64,000 nt of DNA from Bacteroidota bacterium (GCA_021323165.1 JAJTCJ010000003.1:4321-68320); one strand, 5' to 3'; counted from the stretch's first letter, positions 1-11,003 are shown. A program made the numbers and translations. The notes: generated by a model not told the origin, from the letters alone.

Positions 1-2195
1 TTTTTAGTTACATGGAAGAGAAAAAAGGTATTGTTGTTATGACGACATACGAACTTGAGACGAAGGATAAGACTCAACGTAATATTTTCGGTTTTGAAAA
101 GATCCTTGATTATTCATATAATGATGATGGTAAGAAATTCGTTATGTCAGCCGTTCAGAAAGGACAGACTGATATTTTTATTTTCACAGCAGCCTCAAAT
201 GGTTATGATCAGATCACAAAGGACATTTATGATGATCTTACTCCGCGTTTCGTTCATAATTCTAAAGAGATTATTTTCTGTTCCAATCGTCCTTTAGATA
301 CTTTATTCTTTGATACTAAGCGCGCATATCCTGATGGTCAGCCTCACCGAGATCTGTTCATTTTTAATAATGTTACAAAATCACCGGTGCTGAAGCGTGT
401 AACAAACACTCCAGGTATTGATGAGATGTCACCTGCAGATTATGACAGCACACATATTTCGTATCTGAGTGATCTTAACGGTATTCGTAATCGCTACATT
501 GCCCGTTTCGATAGTGCAATCGCGTATGTTGATACTGCAGCTCATTATAAAACAGTAACTACATCTTTTCCTGTTACAAATTATTCACGCAGTATTCTAC
601 ATCAGGATGTAAATGTTAAAGGGAACAAGTATACCGAGATCATTTTCGATAACGGAGTTTATAAAATGTATGTTTCTCCTATTGTGAGTGCTTCATCTTT
701 AACTCCTTTGGAATTAAGAAACACTTCTTACCGCGATTATAAGAACAGGATAGAGAAGAAAGAACAAGTGGAAAATGATGCCAAGAATAAAGTTATTTAT
801 GATACTCCAACTGCAGATGACGTAAAGGAAGTTATTAATGAAAGTACCAAAAAAGATAGTGCTGAAGTAGATATTAATAATTACACATTTGAGAATGAAC
901 CCAAAAAAACAAGTCCTCCTTTAAAGAAGGATGCAAAAACAGCTGGCGCTGATACAGTGGTACAGGTAAATAAGCCCTCAGAGTTTGTGCTTGGCAAGCA
1001 AAGGAATTATAATACAAACTACTCCGTAGATTATGTGGTTTCTCAGCTGGATAATTCTTTTCTGAATGGTTCGTATCAAAAGTTCACAGGTGGCGGAAGC
1101 CCGATTTATTTAAATCCGGGATTGAATGCATTTTTCAAAATTGGAATGAGTGATCTTTTTGAGGATTACAGAATTACCGGAGGAATGAGATTTTCAGGAG
1201 ATTTCAACAGTAATGAGTTTTTCCTGAGTTATGAGAACCGCATGAATAATATTGACCGTCAGATTGTAGCTCACCGTCAGGGGTTACTGAATGTTGTAGG
1301 CGGAGGTTCTTTGGTTAAAGTTCATACTCATGATGTAAGATATATTTTAAAATATCCTTTCTCTGAAGTAGCGAGTCTAAGGGGAACAATTACGTATAGA
1401 AACGACAGGACAGTTTTTCTTGCAACTGATGTGAATAATCTTAAGAAACCTAATGAATATGAGAACTGGGGTGTAGCAAAGCTGGAATATGTTTATGATA
1501 ATACTATCAAGCGCGGACTAAATCTTTATAATGGTTTAAGAGGGAAAGTATTCGGAGAATATTACAGGCAGATCGATAAAAAAGAAACAGATTTTTTTGT
1601 ATTAGGTATGGATTGGAGATATTACAAAAAGATCCATCGTGACCTGATATGGGCAAACAGATTTGCTGCAAGTACTTCTTTCGGAAAGCAAAAGCTGATC
1701 TATTATATGGGTGGGGTAGATAATTGGTTCGGAGCTAAATTCGATAATACAACCAATATTTCGACAACCGAAAATTACGCTTATCAGACATTGGCTACAA
1801 ACATGCGTGGTTTCTATCAGAATGCCCGCAATGGAAATAGCTTTGCAGTAATAAACAGTGAATTACGTTTTCCAATATTTAAATATTTATACAAGCGTCC
1901 TATCCGTTCCGACTTTATTCAGAATTTCCAAATCATTGCTTTCGGAGATCTTGGAACTGCATGGACAGGTCCGGATCCTTACTCTGATAAAAATTCCTTG
2001 AACAGCTCTGTTATTTATCAGGATCCGTTGGAAATCACTTTAAAAACGCAGCATAATCCATTGATTGGCGGTTACGGTTGGGGAATAAGAAGCCGTTTGT
2101 TTGGTTATTTTGTTCGTTTAGACAGAGCATGGGGTGTTCAGGATGGCATCGTACTTAAACCGATCTGGCATTTCTCCTTAAGTCTTGATTTTTAA
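1..2195 (+). CDS. PD40/TolB-like repeat protein with C-terminal outer-membrane beta-barrel, 5' partial
   Basis: ORF 12..2195. The frame stays open upstream to base 3, so the gene probably starts left of the window. The N-terminal part has PD40-like repeats. The C-terminal ~400 aa is strand-like and ends WHFSLSLDF (terminal aromatic typical of OM barrels). Confidence 0.5.
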   Translation, partial: FSYMEEKKGIVVMTTYELETKDKTQRNIFGFEKILDYSYNDDGKKFVMSAVQKGQTDIFIFTAASNGYDQITKDIYDDLTPRFVHNSKEIIFCSNRPLDTLFFDTKRAYPDGQPHRDLFIFNNVTKSPVLKRVTNTPGIDEMSPADYDSTHISYLSDLNGIRNRYIARFDSAIAYVDTAAHYKTVTTSFPVTNYSRSILHQDVNVKGNKYTEIIFDNGVYKMYVSPIVSASSLTPLELRNTSYRDYKNRIEKKEQVENDAKNKVIYDTPTADDVKEVINESTKKDSAEVDINNYTFENEPKKTSPPLKKDAKTAGADTVVQVNKPSEFVLGKQRNYNTNYSVDYVVSQLDNSFLNGSYQKFTGGGSPIYLNPGLNAFFKIGMSDLFEDYRITGGMRFSGDFNSNEFFLSYENRMNNIDRQIVAHRQGLLNVVGGGSLVKVHTHDVRYILKYPFSEVASLRGTITYRNDRTVFLATDVNNLKKPNEYENWGVAKLEYVYDNTIKRGLNLYNGLRGKVFGEYYRQIDKKETDFFVLGMDWRYYKKIHRDLIWANRFAASTSFGKQKLIYYMGGVDNWFGAKFDNTTNISTTENYAYQTLATNMRGFYQNARNGNSFAVINSELRFPIFKYLYKRPIRSDFIQNFQIIAFGDLGTAWTGPDPYSDKNSLNSSVIYQDPLEITLKTQHNPLIGGYGWGIRSRLFGYFVRLDRAWGVQDGIVLKPIWHFSLSLDF

Positions 2196-2224
2196 TTTCT
2201 GTTTTGAAAAACTCATCTTCAAAT

Positions 2225-2587
2225 ATGACAACAATAATGATTTTGCTTTGTGTCGGGTTATTAGCCGGTGTATTAAGCGGAATGGTAGGAGTAGGAGGAG
2301 GGATCATTATTGTACCGGCACTGGTATATTTTCTAAGTATGACCCAGCATCAGGCTCAGGGTACTTCCCTGGCTGTACTTTTATTACCTGTCGGAATTTT
2401 CGCGGTCTTTAATTATTATAAAGCCGGCTATGTAGATATTAAATCAACCCTGATCATTGCAAGCACTTTTCTGATCGGTGGATTAATTGGCTCTAAGATC
2501 GCTATCGCTATTGATCAGAACACTGTGAAGAAAATCTTCGGTGTGATTCTGTTACTTGTTGCGTTTAAAATGATACTTGGAAAATAA
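2225..2587 (+). CDS. TauE/SafE (TSUP, DUF81) family small membrane protein
   Basis: About 4 TM segments and a GMVGVGGGIIIVPALVYF motif typical of the TSUP family. ATG 2225 preferred over TTG 2204. Confidence 0.7.
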   Translation: MTTIMILLCVGLLAGVLSGMVGVGGGIIIVPALVYFLSMTQHQAQGTSLAVLLLPVGIFAVFNYYKAGYVDIKSTLIIASTFLIGGLIGSKIAIAIDQNTVKKIFGVILLLVAFKMILGK

Positions 2588-2589
2588 AT

Positions 2590-4092
2590 ATGAAGAAAAT
2601 AATTATGCTTATTTGTTTTGCAGCTTTTTCGCAGGGATTTGCTCAGCAACCGGTTTTTGAGATTGGTGGCCAGAGATCTATCTCCGCTCAGGATAACCCT
2701 GATGCAATGACTTTTAGAATAGGCACAAATAATTATGTGCTTTTTCAAAAGTTCAATATGTCAAAAGGAATGCTTCTTCACCTGGAAGGGTTTTCAGATC
2801 CAAGAGATGGTTTCTTATGCTCGCAGGATATTGAGATTCCACATTTACCTAATGAAATAGCCATTTATGAAGGTTTTATTGTTTTGAATGACAAGATGGT
2901 TCTCTTCAGATCGGTGTTCAATAAAATTGATAAGAAAAGTGTACTATTTGCTCATGAGCTGAATGATAAAGGAATGGTAAAGGATAATGCTGGGGAACCA
3001 ATAACTTCAATTCCTGCAGAAAAAGCAATGAATTCGGGAGATTTTGATATCAAAGCTTCTGATGATGGAAAGAACTTTGTTGTTCTTGCTGAATATCCTA
3101 CCGTAAAAGAAACAAAAGAAAAATTTGCTGTTACGGTATTTAATGTAGCTTTAAAAGAAGTGTGGACAAAGGAGCTTGAATTGGCACACGATTCAAAAAG
3201 AGGTCCTACAAATGATGTATTTCTGGCTAATTCAGGAATCGTTTATGTAACTAAAAAAGTTGAAGGTCCTAAGAATGCTGATTTTTATACTACTTATCAG
3301 ATCTCAGATAAAGGAGCGAAAGTGAAAGAGAATATAATAGAAATGGAAGCTCCGAAAAAGATAGTTAATTACAGCAGTGCAATTGATCAGAGTAATAATG
3401 ATCTTATTGTAGCAGGATATTATACTGAAGACGGAAAAGTAACATTAGGCGGAACAGGATTCAAAGGATATTTTACATTCAGAGTTTCCGGCTCATCTGG
3501 TGATGTTGCGTCCCGCAGCACCAATGCATTCGATAAAACGAAAAGTAATCTTGTAGTGAATAGGCTAATGACAATTAAAGGAAATACATTTCTTTTAGGA
3601 GAAGAGAAGTATGAAACTAATATTGCAACAGAACAAAAAGATACAAGAGGATTTCCAATCTATTCGAGAGAATTCAATGCTGAGAATATCCATGTCTCTG
3701 TTTTTGACGGAAGCGGTAAGAGTATTATAAATACGGTTCTTCCAAAAGGTAATAAATCACGTGATGATGGCGGGTTTTCAAATTCTTATTCTGCCACAGC
3801 TATTGGAGAGCAGGTGATGATCGTGTATAACGATTTTCAATATTTACATGACGGCAAAGAACATAAGATAGTTGGTCCTCCATTGATTGGTATTAAGATC
3901 CCTGTAATCCAGTTTATCGGAGCAGATGGATCAACCGGTAAGAAATTTCCTATGATCGATACGAACATTGGTGGATTTAATGGTTCAGCAAGTTTATTGC
4001 CTGAATTGTCTGCACCAGTATCACCCAAGGAATTATTTATTCTGGGAAGAGATGAATCTCATTACTATCCTGTTAGAATGAAATTACCTTAG
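2590..4092 (+). CDS. secreted hypothetical protein
   Basis: 500-aa ORF starting 3 bp after the previous gene. Signal peptide MKKIIMLICFAAFSQGFAQ. No catalytic motif recognised. Confidence 0.6.
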   Translation: MKKIIMLICFAAFSQGFAQQPVFEIGGQRSISAQDNPDAMTFRIGTNNYVLFQKFNMSKGMLLHLEGFSDPRDGFLCSQDIEIPHLPNEIAIYEGFIVLNDKMVLFRSVFNKIDKKSVLFAHELNDKGMVKDNAGEPITSIPAEKAMNSGDFDIKASDDGKNFVVLAEYPTVKETKEKFAVTVFNVALKEVWTKELELAHDSKRGPTNDVFLANSGIVYVTKKVEGPKNADFYTTYQISDKGAKVKENIIEMEAPKKIVNYSSAIDQSNNDLIVAGYYTEDGKVTLGGTGFKGYFTFRVSGSSGDVASRSTNAFDKTKSNLVVNRLMTIKGNTFLLGEEKYETNIATEQKDTRGFPIYSREFNAENIHVSVFDGSGKSIINTVLPKGNKSRDDGGFSNSYSATAIGEQVMIVYNDFQYLHDGKEHKIVGPPLIGIKIPVIQFIGADGSTGKKFPMIDTNIGGFNGSASLLPELSAPVSPKELFILGRDESHYYPVRMKLP

Positions 4093-4093
4093 T

Positions 4094-5290
4094 ATGAATG
4101 ATCTGAAACAAAGGGTAAAAAAGCTTTCTTCGGAGTTTCTGCCAGAAATCACTGTTATCAGGCGACATCTGCATGCTCACCCGGAAATTTCATTTGAAGA
4201 GTATAATACATCCGACAGTATCGCTTTTAAGCTGCAGGAGTATAATATTCCCTTTAAGCAGGGTATTGTAAAAACAGGAATAGTGGCTTTGATAAAAGGT
4301 AAAAATCCTTCTTCAAAAACCATTGCTTTACGCGCGGATATGGACGCCCTTCCAATCACAGAAACAAATAACTGTGAATATAAATCGGTAAATATTGGCC
4401 TTATGCATGCCTGTGGACATGATGTTCACAGTGCATGCTTATTAGGTGCAGCTAAAATATTAAATGAGCTTAAAAACGAATTTGAAGGGACTGTAAAACT
4501 TATCTTTCAGCCGGGAGAAGAAAGACTTCCGGGAGGAGCCTCTTTAATGATCAAAGAAGGTGTTCTTAAAGATCCGGCACCACAAAAAATGTTTGGACAG
4601 CATGTGTTTCCTAGCATGGAAGTGGGTAAAGTAGGATTCCGTGCGGGTATGTATATGGCAAGCACTGATGAATTATACATGACTGTTCATGGTAAGGGCG
4701 GACATGCTGCCATGGTGAATGAATACGTTAATCCACTTCTGATTGCTTCCCGGATCTTAACAGAGCTTAATAATGAATTTATGTTAAGTGATGTAAAAGA
4801 ACTTCCTCCTACAGTCTTAGCGTTTGGCAAAATAAGCGGCAATGGTGCTACTAACGTTATTCCCGATGTGGTAAATATAGAAGGCACATTCAGAACAATG
4901 GATGAGAACTGGAGAAAGCAAGCTCATATCAAAATGAAACAAACAGCTGATCGTATCGCAAAGGAAATGGGTGGAAGCTGTGAGTTTAATATTGAACTTG
5001 GATATCCCTTTCTTGTAAATGACCAGGAAACAACTAATTCTGCACGCAAAGCTGCGGAAGAATATTTAGGTAAAGAAAATGTTGAGGAACTTCCAATGCG
5101 CATGACAGCGGAAGATTTTGCTTTTTTTTCGCAGGAAGTTCCATCCTGTTTTTATAGATTGGGCACCGGGAACAAGTCGAAAGGAATAACAAGTGGAGTA
5201 CACACATCTACCTTTGATATCGATGAAGCAGCTTTAGAGATCGGTTCCGGATTAATGGCCTGGTTAACACTGTCGGAATTAAAACGCTGA
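4094..5290 (+). CDS. M20D-family amidohydrolase (aminoacylase / hippurate-hydrolase type)
   Basis: Motifs HAHPEISFEE, ALRADMDALP, HACGHD and QPGEE, with the expected ~400 aa length. Confidence 0.85.
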   Translation: MNDLKQRVKKLSSEFLPEITVIRRHLHAHPEISFEEYNTSDSIAFKLQEYNIPFKQGIVKTGIVALIKGKNPSSKTIALRADMDALPITETNNCEYKSVNIGLMHACGHDVHSACLLGAAKILNELKNEFEGTVKLIFQPGEERLPGGASLMIKEGVLKDPAPQKMFGQHVFPSMEVGKVGFRAGMYMASTDELYMTVHGKGGHAAMVNEYVNPLLIASRILTELNNEFMLSDVKELPPTVLAFGKISGNGATNVIPDVVNIEGTFRTMDENWRKQAHIKMKQTADRIAKEMGGSCEFNIELGYPFLVNDQETTNSARKAAEEYLGKENVEELPMRMTAEDFAFFSQEVPSCFYRLGTGNKSKGITSGVHTSTFDIDEAALEIGSGLMAWLTLSELKR

Positions 5291-5292
5291 TT

Positions 5293-5742
5293 ATGTACAG
5301 ATCAAAAGGACAAGCAATTTTCTGGGGTATAATTTGCGGAAGTTTGATAACGGCTTTTGGTATATATAAATATTTCGAAACTCAGTCTTTTTTCGCAGGA
5401 GCCAAAGAAACCACTGCTATTATTATTTCAGTAAGTAATAAAACAGAGTCTTCTACGGAAGACGGACAAAAATCATATCATAAAAAATTTACTGCCAGGT
5501 ATGAGTACACTGTAAACGGTAAAACACATACCGATGATGAAATAACTACTGGTCAAACCTTTGAGGATTCAAAATATTCAAAAGGAGACATTCTTAAAAT
5601 ATATTATGATCCTGCTAATCCTCAGGACAACCGCTTTAAAACAGAAGCCCAGTGGCTTCCGGTTGCAGGCATTCTTTTAGGATTATTTGTTATAGGCGCA
5701 GGCATTTACACCTTGAAAACAAAAAGATATTTAAAATCTTAG
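5293..5742 (+). CDS. DUF3592-like membrane protein
   Basis: N- and C-terminal TM helices flank a beta-rich ~100-aa domain (YEYTVNGKTH...ILKIYYDPANP). Starts 3 bp after the M20 gene. Confidence 0.55.
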   Translation: MYRSKGQAIFWGIICGSLITAFGIYKYFETQSFFAGAKETTAIIISVSNKTESSTEDGQKSYHKKFTARYEYTVNGKTHTDDEITTGQTFEDSKYSKGDILKIYYDPANPQDNRFKTEAQWLPVAGILLGLFVIGAGIYTLKTKRYLKS

Positions 5743-5966
5743 CAGTCTTATTTCGGAAATTAAGTTAGCCAATCTAATTATTACACTGCATAAGGAATTA
5801 AATATTAAAAAGATTTATCGACCCTTATCTCTATTCATCTATACATTTCCTTCTTTTAAGGTTTAAAATCTCATATAGCTAAAAAGCTTGATTTCATTGG
5901 CATGTAGTTTGGTTGGGTGTTGAAAAATAGTGAATAAGTCTGTTTTTTTAAAACATCTTTTCAACT

Positions 5967-5974
5967 TATATTTG
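5967..5974 (+). promoter_or_regulatory. candidate Bacteroidota -7 promoter box TATATTTG
   Basis: Exact match to TAnnTTTG, 65 bp upstream of the ATG at 6039 in a 296-bp AT-rich spacer. Confidence 0.25.
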
Positions 5975-6038
5975 TTAAAACACAGAAACTCAGTCGCGGT
6001 TAATTACTCAGATTAATCCTTCTTTAAATTTATCGGAA

Positions 6039-6284
6039 ATGGATAAAAGAAACAAGTTCGAAGTGCTGACTATGGATCAGCAGGTTGATATCACATGGAA
6101 AGGTGAATTTATCAGCAGCATTAAAGTAAAGAACTATTGTCTTATGCTTTATCTGGTTGAGGATTCTTATTATGTTGAGGTGTTTTATAACTCCAGTAAA
6201 AAAGAGATCATTTCAATAAAACTTCTTGATGAAACCCGTTTGCCTTTATATGCAGATGATATTTGTCTGGAAGAATTGTTTTAA
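6039..6284 (+). CDS. small hypothetical protein (81 aa)
   Basis: Isolated ORF in an otherwise non-coding spacer. No motif recognised. Confidence 0.35.
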   Translation: MDKRNKFEVLTMDQQVDITWKGEFISSIKVKNYCLMLYLVEDSYYVEVFYNSSKKEIISIKLLDETRLPLYADDICLEELF

Positions 6285-6302
6285 AATAGGATAGCTGATT
6301 GG

Positions 6303-7571
6303 TCAGATCTTAGCTAAAGCCTGATCGATATCCGCGATAATATCTTCATAATTTTCTACTCCGACTGATAAACGAACCATTTTTTCGGTCAGATTCATTT
6401 TCACCTTTAATTCATCATTGACAGGAGCATGAGTCATGGAATACGGATGTTCGGCCAATGATTCAGTACTTCCAAGACTCACAGCAAGTTTTATCAGTTT
6501 TAAAGCATTAAGAACTTTGAAGGCTTGTTTCTCTCCTCCCTTTACATCAAAGCTGATCATTGCACCAGGCGATAAACATTGCCTTTTATAGATCTCATGT
6601 TGCCTGCTGCCTTTTTTGATAAGACTGAGGTAATATACTTTTTCTACCTTAGGATGATTATTAAGCCATTCTGCAATTTTCTTGGCATTTTCAGCCTGGA
6701 GTGTCATTCGCATTTTCAGCGTTTCTAAGCTTCTTAGTAATAGCCATCCTGTCCAAGGCCCCGCCATGGTTCCCATAATGCTTCTGAATGACTTAATTCG
6801 CTTTATAAGTGTATTGGGCCCGACTACAGCACCGGCAATAACATCGCTGTGACCTCCGATGTATTTGGTTGCGGAGTAAAGTACAAGATCAAAGCCTAGT
6901 TTCAAAGGATGTGAAAATACAGGGCCCAGAAAAGTATTATCAATTGCAGTAAGTACTTTTTTGTTTTTTGTTGAGAATTCCTTTGCGATCTCAACACACA
7001 TTTTCATATCGATCAGATCATTGGTTGGATTAGCCGGACTTTCAATAAATATCATTGCCAGATTATCAGCCTTGCCGGTCGCTTTGATGTTCTTAATTAT
7101 TGTTTCTTTAGAATCAGTTGGCATAAAAGCAACACTATAGATCCCAAATTTTAGCAGGATATGTTTGAAAAAATGATCAGTTCCTCCGTAAATAGGTTCA
7201 CTGTGAAGCAGAAGGTCGCCTGGCTTTAAAAGCTCCAGGACAGTCGTGCTGATAGCTGCCATCCCGCTTTCAAAAACAGCTCCATCTTCAGCTTCATCCC
7301 AAAGACACAATCTGTTCTCCAGAATTTCCAGGTCGGGATTGTTGATGCGGCTGTAGATAAGTCCGGTAACTTCTTTTGGTCTCAGCTCACGTTTCCCATA
7401 TGCAACTTCAAAAAAGGATTTTCCTTCTTCTGCAGTTTTAAAAACAAAAGTAGAGGTTTGAAAGATCGGGCATTTCACAGCTCCTTCAGAAAGTTCAGGC
7501 TTGTACCCAAAACTCATCATTAAACTTTCGGGCTTCATTTTCCTGTTGTTAGTCTTTTTTGAGATTGCCAT
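6303..7571 (-). CDS. PLP-dependent Cys/Met-metabolism enzyme (methionine gamma-lyase / cystathionine gamma-synthase family)
   Basis: PLP-lysine motif YSATKYIGGHSD, IESPANPT, and a C-terminal LGSTESLAEHPYSMTH motif. Confidence 0.85.
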   Translation of the reverse strand: MAISKKTNNRKMKPESLMMSFGYKPELSEGAVKCPIFQTSTFVFKTAEEGKSFFEVAYGKRELRPKEVTGLIYSRINNPDLEILENRLCLWDEAEDGAVFESGMAAISTTVLELLKPGDLLLHSEPIYGGTDHFFKHILLKFGIYSVAFMPTDSKETIIKNIKATGKADNLAMIFIESPANPTNDLIDMKMCVEIAKEFSTKNKKVLTAIDNTFLGPVFSHPLKLGFDLVLYSATKYIGGHSDVIAGAVVGPNTLIKRIKSFRSIMGTMAGPWTGWLLLRSLETLKMRMTLQAENAKKIAEWLNNHPKVEKVYYLSLIKKGSRQHEIYKRQCLSPGAMISFDVKGGEKQAFKVLNALKLIKLAVSLGSTESLAEHPYSMTHAPVNDELKVKMNLTEKMVRLSVGVENYEDIIADIDQALAKI

Positions 7572-7647
7572 AGCGCTTGTTTTTTGTTTGAATTTGCTCT
7601 ACATAAATATATAATATTTATGCCTGATTAAAAATCAGAATACCGGA

Positions 7648-7684
7648 AATAAAAAAGCCTTCGGTTGGGGACCGAAGGCTTTCC
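7648..7684 (-). terminator. rho-independent terminator downstream of recQ
   Basis: 10-bp perfect stem AGCCTTCGGT / ACCGAAGGCT (7656-7665 / 7671-7680) with a 5-nt loop. The A-run at 7651-7656 gives a T-run on the minus strand. Confidence 0.75.
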
Positions 7685-7699
7685 TACAATTGTTCTGTG

Positions 7700-9787
7700 T
7701 TAATTCCCAAACTCACTCATAAACTTGATGCGCATAAGACGAATTTCTTCTTCAGTATATTCATCTTCGCCTAATTCTTTAAGTGCAATTGCAACTGAAT
7801 CCGTATCAGATTCTTTGAAATATTCCATTGCCTCTTCCTGCTTATCCTCATCTAAAATATCGTTAATGTAATAGGTGATATTGACCTTAGTGCCGGAATG
7901 AACGATGCTTTCGATTTCAGTGATAAGATCGGTTAGTGATAAACCTTTTGAACTTGCAATATCTTCAAGTGGTAATTTCCTGTCTATATTCTGGATCACG
8001 TACACTTTTAATCCTGATTTATTGATGATTGATTTAACAACCATATCCAAAGGACGCTCGATCTCATTCTCTTCAACATATTTAGAGATAAGATCAAGGA
8101 AAGGTTTTCCGAATTTCTGAGCTTTGCCTTGTCCGACACCTGTAATATTTACAAGCTCATCCATTTTAATCGGATACTGGATCGCCATTTCTTCAAGAGA
8201 AACTTCCTGAAAAATTACATACGGAGGAAGCTTCAGCTTATGAGCTGTTTGTTTAAGCAGATCTTTCAGAGCGGCAAACAAAATTTCATCAGCACCTGAT
8301 CCGCCTTTGTTTCCTGAGCCCGAAGGTCCATCTTCATCATCTTCCGTTTCAGTTCCTTCATAGTCATGATCCTTAGTTACCATCATGCTGGAAGGTTCTT
8401 CCAAAAACGCTTTCCCTTCTTTTGTAACTTTAAGCAAACCGTAATTTTCAATATCCTTTGACAATAATCCTGAAACCAATGCCTGGCGAATCACAGCATT
8501 CCAGTATTTTTCAGTTTTAATATCTTCAGCACCCTTACCAAAACACTCCAGTTCATTGTGCTTATATGATTTAGTGATTGAAGTTACATTTCCTAAAAGA
8601 ACGTTGATAACATCTTTTGTCTTGAATTTTTCTTTCACATCCAATACTGCTTCTATTGCAAGAGCAATATCATCCATCCCTTCGAATTTTTGTTTTGGAT
8701 TGCGGCAATTATCGCACATTCCTCCGCATCCTGCTTCATCATATTCTTCCCCGAAATAATGAAGTAAGAATTTTCTGCGGCAACTTGATGTTTCAGCATA
8801 TGAAACAGTTTCAAGCAATAATTGTTTCCCGATCTCCTGTTCTGCAACAGGTTTACCTTTCATGAATTTTTCCAGCTTCATGATATCATCATGAGAGTAG
8901 AAAGTAACACAGTTCCCTTCACCGCCATCACGTCCGCCACGTCCGGTTTCCTGGTAATAACCTTCAAGTGATTTTGGAATATCATGGTGAATCACAAACC
9001 GAACATCCGGTTTGTCAATTCCCATTCCGAATGCGATCGTAGCAACTATCACATCTATGTCTTCCATAAGAAAAGCATCCTGCGTTTTAGCACGTTCTTT
9101 GGCTTCTAAACCTGCGTGATAAGGTAAAGCCTTTACACCGTTCACACGCAGAGTTTCTGCCAGTTCTTCCACTTTCTTGCGGGAAAGACAATAGATGATA
9201 CCTGATTTTCCTTGCTGACCTTTAATGTATTTGATGATCTCTTTAACAACGTTTTGTTTAGGACGAACTTCATAATAAAGATTCGAACGGTTAAAAGAAG
9301 ATTTAAAAAGATTTGCGGAGGTCATTCCTAAGTTCTTCTGGATATCCTGCTGAACTTTAGGTGTTGCAGTAGCGGTTAAAGCAATGATAGGCACTTTTCC
9401 TATTTGTTCAATTATTGGGCGAAGCCTTCTGTATTCCGGTCTGAAATCATGACCCCACTCTGATATACAATGTGCTTCATCAATGGCAAAGAAAGAGATC
9501 TTTATTTCATTGAAAAAAGCGATGTTGTCTTCTTTGGTTAAACTTTCAGGAGCTACATATAATAGTTTTGTTTTCCCTGCTTTTATATCCTGTTTAACAG
9601 TCGCTATTTCAGCTTTGGTTAATGATGAATTTAAAAAGTGTGCGATCCCATCTTCATTCCCGAAATTGCGTAATGCGTCAACCTGGTTTTTCATTAACGC
9701 GATCAATGGTGAAATAATTATCGCGGTACCTTCACTAACAAGTGCAGGTAACTGGTAACATAGAGATTTACCTCCGCCCGTAGGCAT
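7700..9787 (-). CDS. recQ: ATP-dependent DNA helicase RecQ
   Basis: Motif [13 protein letters not shown] box [18 protein letters not shown], zinc-binding [12 protein letters not shown]...CGGMCDNC, and a C-terminal HRDC-like region. The conserved N-terminal sequence continues upstream to 9901 without any ATG/GTG/TTG (see findings). Confidence 0.9.
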   Translation of the reverse strand: MPTGGGKSLCYQLPALVSEGTAIIISPLIALMKNQVDALRNFGNEDGIAHFLNSSLTKAEIATVKQDIKAGKTKLLYVAPESLTKEDNIAFFNEIKISFFAIDEAHCISEWGHDFRPEYRRLRPIIEQIGKVPIIALTATATPKVQQDIQKNLGMTSANLFKSSFNRSNLYYEVRPKQNVVKEIIKYIKGQQGKSGIIYCLSRKKVEELAETLRVNGVKALPYHAGLEAKERAKTQDAFLMEDIDVIVATIAFGMGIDKPDVRFVIHHDIPKSLEGYYQETGRGGRDGGEGNCVTFYSHDDIMKLEKFMKGKPVAEQEIGKQLLLETVSYAETSSCRRKFLLHYFGEEYDEAGCGGMCDNCRNPKQKFEGMDDIALAIEAVLDVKEKFKTKDVINVLLGNVTSITKSYKHNELECFGKGAEDIKTEKYWNAVIRQALVSGLLSKDIENYGLLKVTKEGKAFLEEPSSMMVTKDHDYEGTETEDDEDGPSGSGNKGGSGADEILFAALKDLLKQTAHKLKLPPYVIFQEVSLEEMAIQYPIKMDELVNITGVGQGKAQKFGKPFLDLISKYVEENEIERPLDMVVKSIINKSGLKVYVIQNIDRKLPLEDIASSKGLSLTDLITEIESIVHSGTKVNITYYINDILDEDKQEEAMEYFKESDTDSVAIALKELGEDEYTEEEIRLMRIKFMSEFGN

Positions 9788-9961
9788 AATAACAAAAGTA
9801 TCTTTCCCTTCTAATAAACTTGTAATGATTGCTTCCTGTTGTCCCTTAAAGCTATCGAATCCGAAAAATTTCTGGAGATATTCGGAAAGCGATGTTTCTA
9901 CCTAATAAAAATATGTTACAAAGTCAAACATTTCTCCACTTTAAATCAAATAATCTACGAA

Positions 9962-10930
9962 GTGAATAAATCCATCGATAAAATAATTGCGCTTGCAAAA
10001 TCGACCCTTATTATTGAAGCTGATTCCATCAGAAACCTTCAGAATTATGTTAATAATGACTTTGTAGAAACGGTTAAAATTATCGGTGAATCTAAGGGAC
10101 GGGTTGTCATTACAGGAATCGGAAAGAGCGCTATAATTGCACAGAAAATAGTTGCTACAATGAATTCTACAGGAACTCCTGCTATTTTCATGCATGCGGC
10201 TGATGCGATTCATGGTGATCTTGGAACTATTCAGCAGGACGATGTGGTAATATGTATTTCAAAGAGTGGAAATACACCTGAAATAAAAGTTCTTGTTCCC
10301 TTATTAAAACATGGAGGAAATAAACTGATCGCGCTTGTTGGTAATACAGATTCCTACTTAGCTATTCAGGCAGATCATATATTGAATTGCAGTGTGGAAA
10401 AGGAAGCATGTCCAAATAACTTGGCACCTACTTCAAGCACAACTGCGCAGGTGGCCATGGGAGACGCTCTTGCTGTTTGTTTGTTAGATTACAAGGGTTT
10501 TTCGAGTAAGGATTTTGCGAAATATCATCCAGGCGGAGCTTTGGGAAAAAAATTATATTTAAAAGTAGGAGATATATCAGGACAGAATCAGAAGCCAACG
10601 GTTACACCTGACGCAACTATTAAATCTGTTATTCTGGAGATATCTTCCAAAAGACTGGGTGCTACCGCGGTTGTAGAAAATGATAATCTTGTGGGCGTGA
10701 TAACTGATGGTGACCTAAGAAGGATGCTTGAAAAAAGCGATTCGGTGGCTTCATTGAAAGCTTCAGATATAATGAACAGAACTCCGAAACAGATCGATGC
10801 GGATGAACTTGCTGTAAACGCCATGCAATTACTTGAAAAATATAATATCACTCAATTGATCGTTACTGATAAAGGAAAGTATCATGGATTTGTTCATCTG
10901 CATGATCTGCTCAAGGAAGGTATTATATAA
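9962..10930 (+). CDS. kdsD: arabinose-5-phosphate isomerase (KpsF/GutQ family, SIS + 2 CBS domains)
   Basis: SIS motif VVITGIGKSAIIAQKI, followed by tandem CBS domains. GTG 9962 gives the family-typical 322 aa. The longer TTG 9839 start is antisense to the recQ N-terminus. Confidence 0.85.
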   Translation: MNKSIDKIIALAKSTLIIEADSIRNLQNYVNNDFVETVKIIGESKGRVVITGIGKSAIIAQKIVATMNSTGTPAIFMHAADAIHGDLGTIQQDDVVICISKSGNTPEIKVLVPLLKHGGNKLIALVGNTDSYLAIQADHILNCSVEKEACPNNLAPTSSTTAQVAMGDALAVCLLDYKGFSSKDFAKYHPGGALGKKLYLKVGDISGQNQKPTVTPDATIKSVILEISSKRLGATAVVENDNLVGVITDGDLRRMLEKSDSVASLKASDIMNRTPKQIDADELAVNAMQLLEKYNITQLIVTDKGKYHGFVHLHDLLKEGII

Positions 10931-11003
10931 ACAGAGAATCCTGAAACAGAAGTGAAGGGATAATTTAAACTTTAGGTCTTTACCGTTTGGTGGTTAGAAA
11001 AAA

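Noticed and set aside
2225-5742. Tightly packed four-gene run (TSUP protein, secreted protein, M20 amidohydrolase, DUF3592) considered as a possible functional system
   Set aside because: The 2-3-bp spacers suggest co-transcription, but I see no shared biochemical theme, so it is reported only as features.
9902-9931. In-frame ATG (9931..9929) upstream of recQ followed by TAG (9904..9902), which could suggest stop-codon read-through
   Set aside because: The 9 codons (MFDFVTYFY) do not resemble any RecQ N-terminus. RecQ proteins normally begin about 8 residues before the L.K.FG motif, which is where the GTA codon lies. I treated it as chance.
9839-9961. 5' extension of the KpsF/GutQ ORF from a TTG at 9839 (363 aa)
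   Set aside because: The extra 41 codons are the antisense of the conserved recQ N-terminus and have no SIS-family counterpart. GTG 9962 gives the family-typical length.
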